In this document: positions 28,116 through 32,162 of the stretch, piece after piece
How positions within the stretch are numbered: position 1 is the first letter of the stretch
How the letters are laid out: each line of letters begins with the position of its first letter
From: Clostridia bacterium
Lineage (GTDB): Bacteria > Bacillota > Clostridia > Christensenellales > Borkfalkiaceae
Reading direction: 5' to 3'
Assembly: GCA_017646555.1 (NCBI GenBank)
Contig: JAGCMG010000151.1
Coordinates: forward strand, 1-32,162
DNA: 32,162 bases
Position numbers and translations under genes: made by a program
The notes under the pieces: model-generated
The model's input: the letters and a program-made list of their open reading frames with translations, nothing else
Database searches by the model: none
Told to the model about the DNA's origin: nothing

Positions 28116-28622
28116 ATGCCAAGAAAATTAGGTGTTACATCTTCTCAAAGAAAAGCAATGTTAAGAAATTTGGCGTCCGATTTACTTTGGTACGGTAAAA
28201 TCGAAACTACCGAAGCCAGAGCAAAGGAAACCCGTTCATATACTGAAAAACTTATCACTCTTGCAATCAATACTTATACTGACAACGTAGAAACCCAAAA
28301 AGTTGAAACCAACGAAAAGGGTAAAGAAGTTACCATCACCGTTGTTAAAGACGGCGTTAAGAAACTTGCTGCAAGAAGAAAGTTAATGAAATCTTTATTT
28401 GACTTACAAGAAGTAAGAGCATTCAAAGAAAAGAAAGCAGACTTCAAGAAAAGAACGGCTGACATCAACCATCCACTTATCGAAAAAATCTTCAATGAAA
28501 TCGCACCAAAGTATGCTGAAAGAAAAGAAGAACTCGGTCAAGGCGGTGGCTACACCAGAATCTTAAAGTGTGGTCCGAGAAAGGGTGATGCTGCAGAAGT
28601 AGCAATCATTGAACTTATCTAA
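28116..28622 (+). CDS. rplQ: 50S ribosomal protein L17 (168 aa, with a ~45 aa internal insertion)
   Basis: [19 protein letters not shown]...[26 protein letters not shown]. Confidence 0.94.
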   Translation: MPRKLGVTSSQRKAMLRNLASDLLWYGKIETTEARAKETRSYTEKLITLAINTYTDNVETQKVETNEKGKEVTITVVKDGVKKLAARRKLMKSLFDLQEVRAFKEKKADFKKRTADINHPLIEKIFNEIAPKYAERKEELGQGGGYTRILKCGPRKGDAAEVAIIELI

Positions 28623-28623
28623 C

Positions 28624-28662
28624 AAAAAAAAGCGTGGTAAATTACCACGCTTTTTGTTTTTT
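28624..28662 (+). terminator. intrinsic terminator of the alpha operon
   Basis: A-run, then AGCGTGGT-aaatt-ACCACGCT, then TTTTTGTTTTTT. Confidence 0.88.
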
Positions 28663-28702
28663 ATAAATTACTAATGATTATTTTTGGTCAATTTTCACGC
28701 AT

Positions 28703-28737
28703 AACGGTATGGTCAAATCATACCGTTTTTTATTTTT
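28703..28737 (+). terminator. second intrinsic terminator-like hairpin, 47 nt upstream of the feoB start
   Basis: AACGGTATG-gtcaaat-CATACCGTT followed by TTTTATTTTT. It lies inside the spurious N-terminal extension of ORF 28709. Confidence 0.7.
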
Positions 28738-28783
28738 ATACAAAACCAATCATTATTTTATTGTAAAACAAATACAATTTAAT

Positions 28784-30610
28784 ATGAATTATATTTTAGT
28801 TGGTACGCCAAATAGTGGAAAGACTACGCTATTTAATAAACTCACGGGGCTAAGTGAAAAAACAGGTAACTTTGCAGGCATAACAGTAGAAGTTAAAAAA
28901 GCAAAAATAAAAAATAGTAAAAACGATTTTTTATTCGATTTACCAGGGACTTATTCGTTAAAAGGTTATTCAAACGAAGAAAGCGTTGCGTTAAAATTTT
29001 TAAGCAGTCAACGGGATGCTAAAATTATTGCAATAATAGACGGTACTCAGCCGTTAAAAAGTTTACGGCTTGTTAGCGAACTTACCACTTTAAATATTCC
29101 AATTACGCTTGCCGTAAATTTTATAGACGAGTTAAGCGTAAAAATATCGGAATACTTAACCTTGCTTGAAAACATTTTTAAGGTTAAAGTTGTTGGAATT
29201 TCGGCAAAAAAAGGTAAAAATCTAAAAGAGTTGCTTTTAGCAGTAGCAAAAAACGACGAAATGCCTAAAAAAATAGAATATCAATCGGCTTTTAATGGTT
29301 TAGAAAAAATAGCCAAAAACTTAACAACGAAAAAATCGGTAAAAAGTGAAAAGATGGATAAATTTTTATCAAGTGGCGTCGTTTCGCTTTTAATACTGTT
29401 TTTCGTTTTACTGTCAACTTTTTTGATTTCTAACGAAGTCGGTGGTGCGTTGTCGAAAAAGTTAAACGGTTTATTTTCTTACTTTACTACCGTCGTAAAA
29501 AACTATTTGAGCAAGCAAAAAGTAAATACCACGCTTAATAATTTTATGGTGGACGGAGTTCTATCGGGCGTGTTTTCCGTTGTAGAATTTTTACCGCAAG
29601 TAGTTTTAACCTACTTTTTCTTATCGCTATTTGAACAAACGGGGTATTCGGCACGAATAGCGTTCATCTTGCATAAACCTTTCAAAAAAGCAAAACTATC
29701 GGGTAAAGCAGTCGTTCCAATGCTGTCGGCTTGTGGTTGTGGTGTCAACGGCGTGCTTGCAACGCGAATTATTCCAGACGAGTGTGCGCGCTGTAAAACG
29801 CTAACCCTAGTTACCAACTTGCCGTGTGGGGCAAAGGTTGCCGTAATTCAGTTTTTATCGCAAAAATTTTTTAAGTTTCCCGCGCTTGTTTCGGCGCTTT
29901 GCTATATAATATCGATTTTATCAGTACCTATTTTTTCTTTTATTTTAGATAAATTAGAGATTTTTGGGCAAAGCGAAAACGGTTTAATAATGGAAATGCC
30001 CGTTTTAAGAACTCCGTCCATAAAAGAAACGGTGGTCATATTAATAAAAAAAGTAAAAGAATTTATATTAAAAGCGGGCACTATAATCGTTTTAATATCA
30101 ATTCTCGTTTGGTTTTTATCAAACTTTGACTTTTTCATAAAGCCGTCAACCACGGGGGGAATACTCTTTTCAGTAGGAAAAGCGCGATCGTTTATCTTTT
30201 ATCCGTTAGGTTTTTTTGGCGAAATAGCATCAAGTGGACTAATTTTAGGCTTTTTAGCAAAAGAGGCTGTTATAACAGCGTTTTCGTCCACCACGCTAAA
30301 CGGTATGTTTTTAACACCGTTTTCAGCATTTTCATATATAGTGTTTATATTGCTTTCCCCGCCTTGCTTATCGGCGCTTTTAACGATGAAAAAAGAACTA
30401 AAAAGCAACAAAAAATTTCTTAAAAGTGTAGCCGTGCAATTTTTCTTTTCGTATAGCGTTTCGCTACTAATTAATTTATTAGGAATAATAGTATACTTTT
30501 TTTCTTTGACTTTAAAAATAATTATAATAATTTTGATAATTTTTTCAATAATGCTTAAATATTTGTTTAAAAATCATATAAAAAATAAAATTATTAAAAA
30601 AACGGAATAA
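28784..30610 (+). CDS. feoB: ferrous iron transporter FeoB (G domain plus membrane domain, 608 aa)
   Basis: Start chosen at MNYILVGTPNSGKTTLFN (G1 motif near the N-terminus). DLPGTYSL (G3), NFID (G4), polytopic C-terminal domain. No SD upstream. Confidence 0.85.
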   Translation: MNYILVGTPNSGKTTLFNKLTGLSEKTGNFAGITVEVKKAKIKNSKNDFLFDLPGTYSLKGYSNEESVALKFLSSQRDAKIIAIIDGTQPLKSLRLVSELTTLNIPITLAVNFIDELSVKISEYLTLLENIFKVKVVGISAKKGKNLKELLLAVAKNDEMPKKIEYQSAFNGLEKIAKNLTTKKSVKSEKMDKFLSSGVVSLLILFFVLLSTFLISNEVGGALSKKLNGLFSYFTTVVKNYLSKQKVNTTLNNFMVDGVLSGVFSVVEFLPQVVLTYFFLSLFEQTGYSARIAFILHKPFKKAKLSGKAVVPMLSACGCGVNGVLATRIIPDECARCKTLTLVTNLPCGAKVAVIQFLSQKFFKFPALVSALCYIISILSVPIFSFILDKLEIFGQSENGLIMEMPVLRTPSIKETVVILIKKVKEFILKAGTIIVLISILVWFLSNFDFFIKPSTTGGILFSVGKARSFIFYPLGFFGEIASSGLILGFLAKEAVITAFSSTTLNGMFLTPFSAFSYIVFILLSPPCLSALLTMKKELKSNKKFLKSVAVQFFFSYSVSLLINLLGIIVYFFSLTLKIIIIILIIFSIMLKYLFKNHIKNKIIKKTE

Positions 30611-30625
30611 ATTGTGGTCAAATCC

Positions 30626-30654
30626 TTGTCAGTTACTATATCTTGTGGTATAAT
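30626..30654 (+). promoter_or_regulatory. putative sigma-A promoter of pflA-pflB
   Basis: TTGTCA, then a 17-nt spacer, then TGgTATAAT (extended -10). Confidence 0.7.
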
Positions 30655-30674
30655 ACTTTTACTCGAGGTAAGAT

Positions 30675-31388
30675 ATGGTAGAAGGATACATACATTCAAC
30701 AGAATCTTTCGGCACGGTTGACGGGCCGGGAATACGCTTTGTTTTTTTTCTTCAAGGCTGTCCTATGCGCTGTCAATATTGCCATAATCCAGATACTTGG
30801 GAATTTAAAAAAAACAATGCTATTTCAGTTGACAACGCCGTCAAAGAAGTCTTAAAATATAAGAACTATTTAACGGGTGGTGGCGTAACTTTTTCGGGGG
30901 GCGAACCACTTTGTCAAATTGATTTTATAACCCAAACTGCAAAAAAGTTAAAGCAAAACGGAATACATATAGCGATAGATACTTCGGGCGTAACTTTTGA
31001 CGGCAGTAAAAAGTATGACGAACTTATAAAGTATGTGGATTTATTCTTGCTTGACATAAAGCATATTGATAGTGAAAAACATCGCGAAATAACGGGTTTT
31101 TCTAACGAAAATACACTTAATTTTGCTAAATACTTAAATAAATATAATAAAGAGGTTTGGATTCGCTACGTGTTATGTGAAAATCTTTCCGATAGCGAAA
31201 CGGATTTAATAGACTTAAAAGAATTTATAAAAAATTTAACTTGCGTTAGTAGGGTTGAAGTATTGCCATACCACACGCTCGGTGTAAAAAAATACGAAAA
31301 GTTAGGCATTGACTACAAATTAAAGGGTGTCAATCCACCGTCAAAAGAAAAAATTCTTTGGGCGAAAAACTTTTTTAACGAAAAATAA
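30675..31388 (+). CDS. pflA: pyruvate formate-lyase activating enzyme (radical SAM)
   Basis: GPGIRFVFFLQGCPMRCQYCHNPDTW (CxxxCxxC) and the GGVTFSGGEP motif. Confidence 0.93.
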   Translation: MVEGYIHSTESFGTVDGPGIRFVFFLQGCPMRCQYCHNPDTWEFKKNNAISVDNAVKEVLKYKNYLTGGGVTFSGGEPLCQIDFITQTAKKLKQNGIHIAIDTSGVTFDGSKKYDELIKYVDLFLLDIKHIDSEKHREITGFSNENTLNFAKYLNKYNKEVWIRYVLCENLSDSETDLIDLKEFIKNLTCVSRVEVLPYHTLGVKKYEKLGIDYKLKGVNPPSKEKILWAKNFFNEK

Positions 31389-31400
31389 AAGGAGACTGTT

Positions 31401-32162
31401 ATGTACGAAGGATGGAACGGATTTAATCCAGGTAGATGGAACGATGAAATAGACGTTCGTGATTTTATACAAAAGAACTATACCGTTTACGAAGGCGATT
31501 CTGATTTTTTAGCGCCGGTCACTGCAGACTCTGAAAAATTATGGAAAGAAATTTGTGAACTTTCTAAACTTGAAAGGGAAAGAGGTGGTGTTTATAAAGC
31601 CGATACGGAAATCGTATCGACAATTTCAAGTCACGCGCCAGGCTATATAGATAAATCAATCGAAAAAATCGTTGGTTTACAAACTGACGAACCATTTAAG
31701 CGCGCATTACAACCTTTCGGTGGGATTAGAATGTCCGAGCAAGCGCTTGAAATGTACGGTTATAAATTAAGCGATAAGGTAAAGGACGCGTTCAAGTTAT
31801 ATAGAAAAACTCATAACGACGGCGTTTACGACGCATACACGCCAGAAATGCGTTTAGCAAGAAGCGCACACTTATTAACGGGTTTACCAGATACTTACGG
31901 TAGGGGTAGAATAATCGGCGATTATCGTCGTATTGCGCTTTACGGCGTTGATAGACTTATCGAAGCAAAGGAAAACGATAGATTAGTATTAAACGGCGAA
32001 ATGACGGAAGATTTAATTCGTCGCCGTGAAGAAGTAGCCGAACAAATCAAAGCGCTTAAAGAACTTAAAGTAATGGCGTTAAGTTACGGCGTAGATATAT
32101 CAAAACCTGCAAAAACGGCAAGGGACGCTATACAATTTTTATATTTAGGCTATCTCGGTGCA
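31401..32162 (+). CDS. pflB: formate C-acetyltransferase (pyruvate formate-lyase), N-terminal 254 codons; continues beyond the window
   Basis: Hand translation: MYEGWNGFNPGRWNDEIDVRDFIQKNYT.YEGD..FL...TYGRGRIIGDYRRIALYG. SD AAGGAG. The frame is open to the window end. Confidence 0.92.
   Translation, partial: MYEGWNGFNPGRWNDEIDVRDFIQKNYTVYEGDSDFLAPVTADSEKLWKEICELSKLERERGGVYKADTEIVSTISSHAPGYIDKSIEKIVGLQTDEPFKRALQPFGGIRMSEQALEMYGYKLSDKVKDAFKLYRKTHNDGVYDAYTPEMRLARSAHLLTGLPDTYGRGRIIGDYRRIALYGVDRLIEAKENDRLVLNGEMTEDLIRRREEVAEQIKALKELKVMALSYGVDISKPAKTARDAIQFLYLGYLGA

Noticed and set aside
12921-28622. Numerous antisense or out-of-frame track ORFs inside ribosomal protein, secY, adk, map and rpoA genes (e.g. 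14268-14564, 17922-18287, 18404-18856, 19850-20191)
   Set aside because: They are embedded in, or antisense to, strongly supported conserved genes. They have no SD and have low-complexity composition typical of shadow ORFs. The same reasoning applies to shadow ORFs inside gdhA, cysK, the SPFH operon and feoB.
28686-30624. The TGGTCAA(A)T motif occurring at 28685, 28710 and 30615 around feoB, as a possible operator
   Set aside because: A 9-mer recurring two or three times in 32 kb of AT-rich DNA is expected by chance, and there is no dyad symmetry. It is not supportable without a genome-wide motif analysis.
30675-32162. The pflA-before-pflB gene order as an anomaly
   Set aside because: The order is less common than pflB-pflA, but both genes are intact, adjacent and behind a good promoter. 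There is no functional implication that I can support.

Overview
The window comes from a low-GC Bacillota (Clostridia-like anaerobe) chromosome. Positions ~12.6-28.7 kb hold a complete, collinear S10-spc-alpha ribosomal protein supercluster, rpsJ through rplQ, including secY, adk, map, infA, rpmJ and rpoA. Upstream lie housekeeping and accessory genes: an SDR/SDR/type-I-dehydroquinase-like/quinone-oxidoreductase cluster, gdhA, a pncA-like gene, ybaK, a polysaccharide deacetylase, a PH-domain membrane protein, an alpha/beta hydrolase, cysK, tRNA-Leu(CAG) and tRNA-Gly(CCC). They are followed by an SPFH/Zn-ribbon - DUF1858 - Zn-ribbon membrane protein operon. Downstream of rplQ are a stand-alone feoB, pflA and the 5' part of pflB. 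I saw no CRISPR array, transposase, integrase, prophage gene or recognisable defence gene. The most unusual part is an ORF-free ~1 kb island (about 2770-3730) between the quinone oxidoreductase gene and gdhA. It holds two diverged paralogous 118-145 nt elements with identical termini. These bracket four to five very GC-rich palindromic hairpins of two sequence classes, set in an A/G-rich background. This looks like an undescribed structured-RNA or repeat locus. Secondary observations are a long terminator-containing leader upstream of rpsJ, several oversized structured spacers inside the ribosomal operon, a Cys4 zinc-ribbon form of L24 with a lysine-rich tail, and a YdjI/YdjG-like SPFH module. 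All calls rest on reading the sequence and on family knowledge; no database search was possible.
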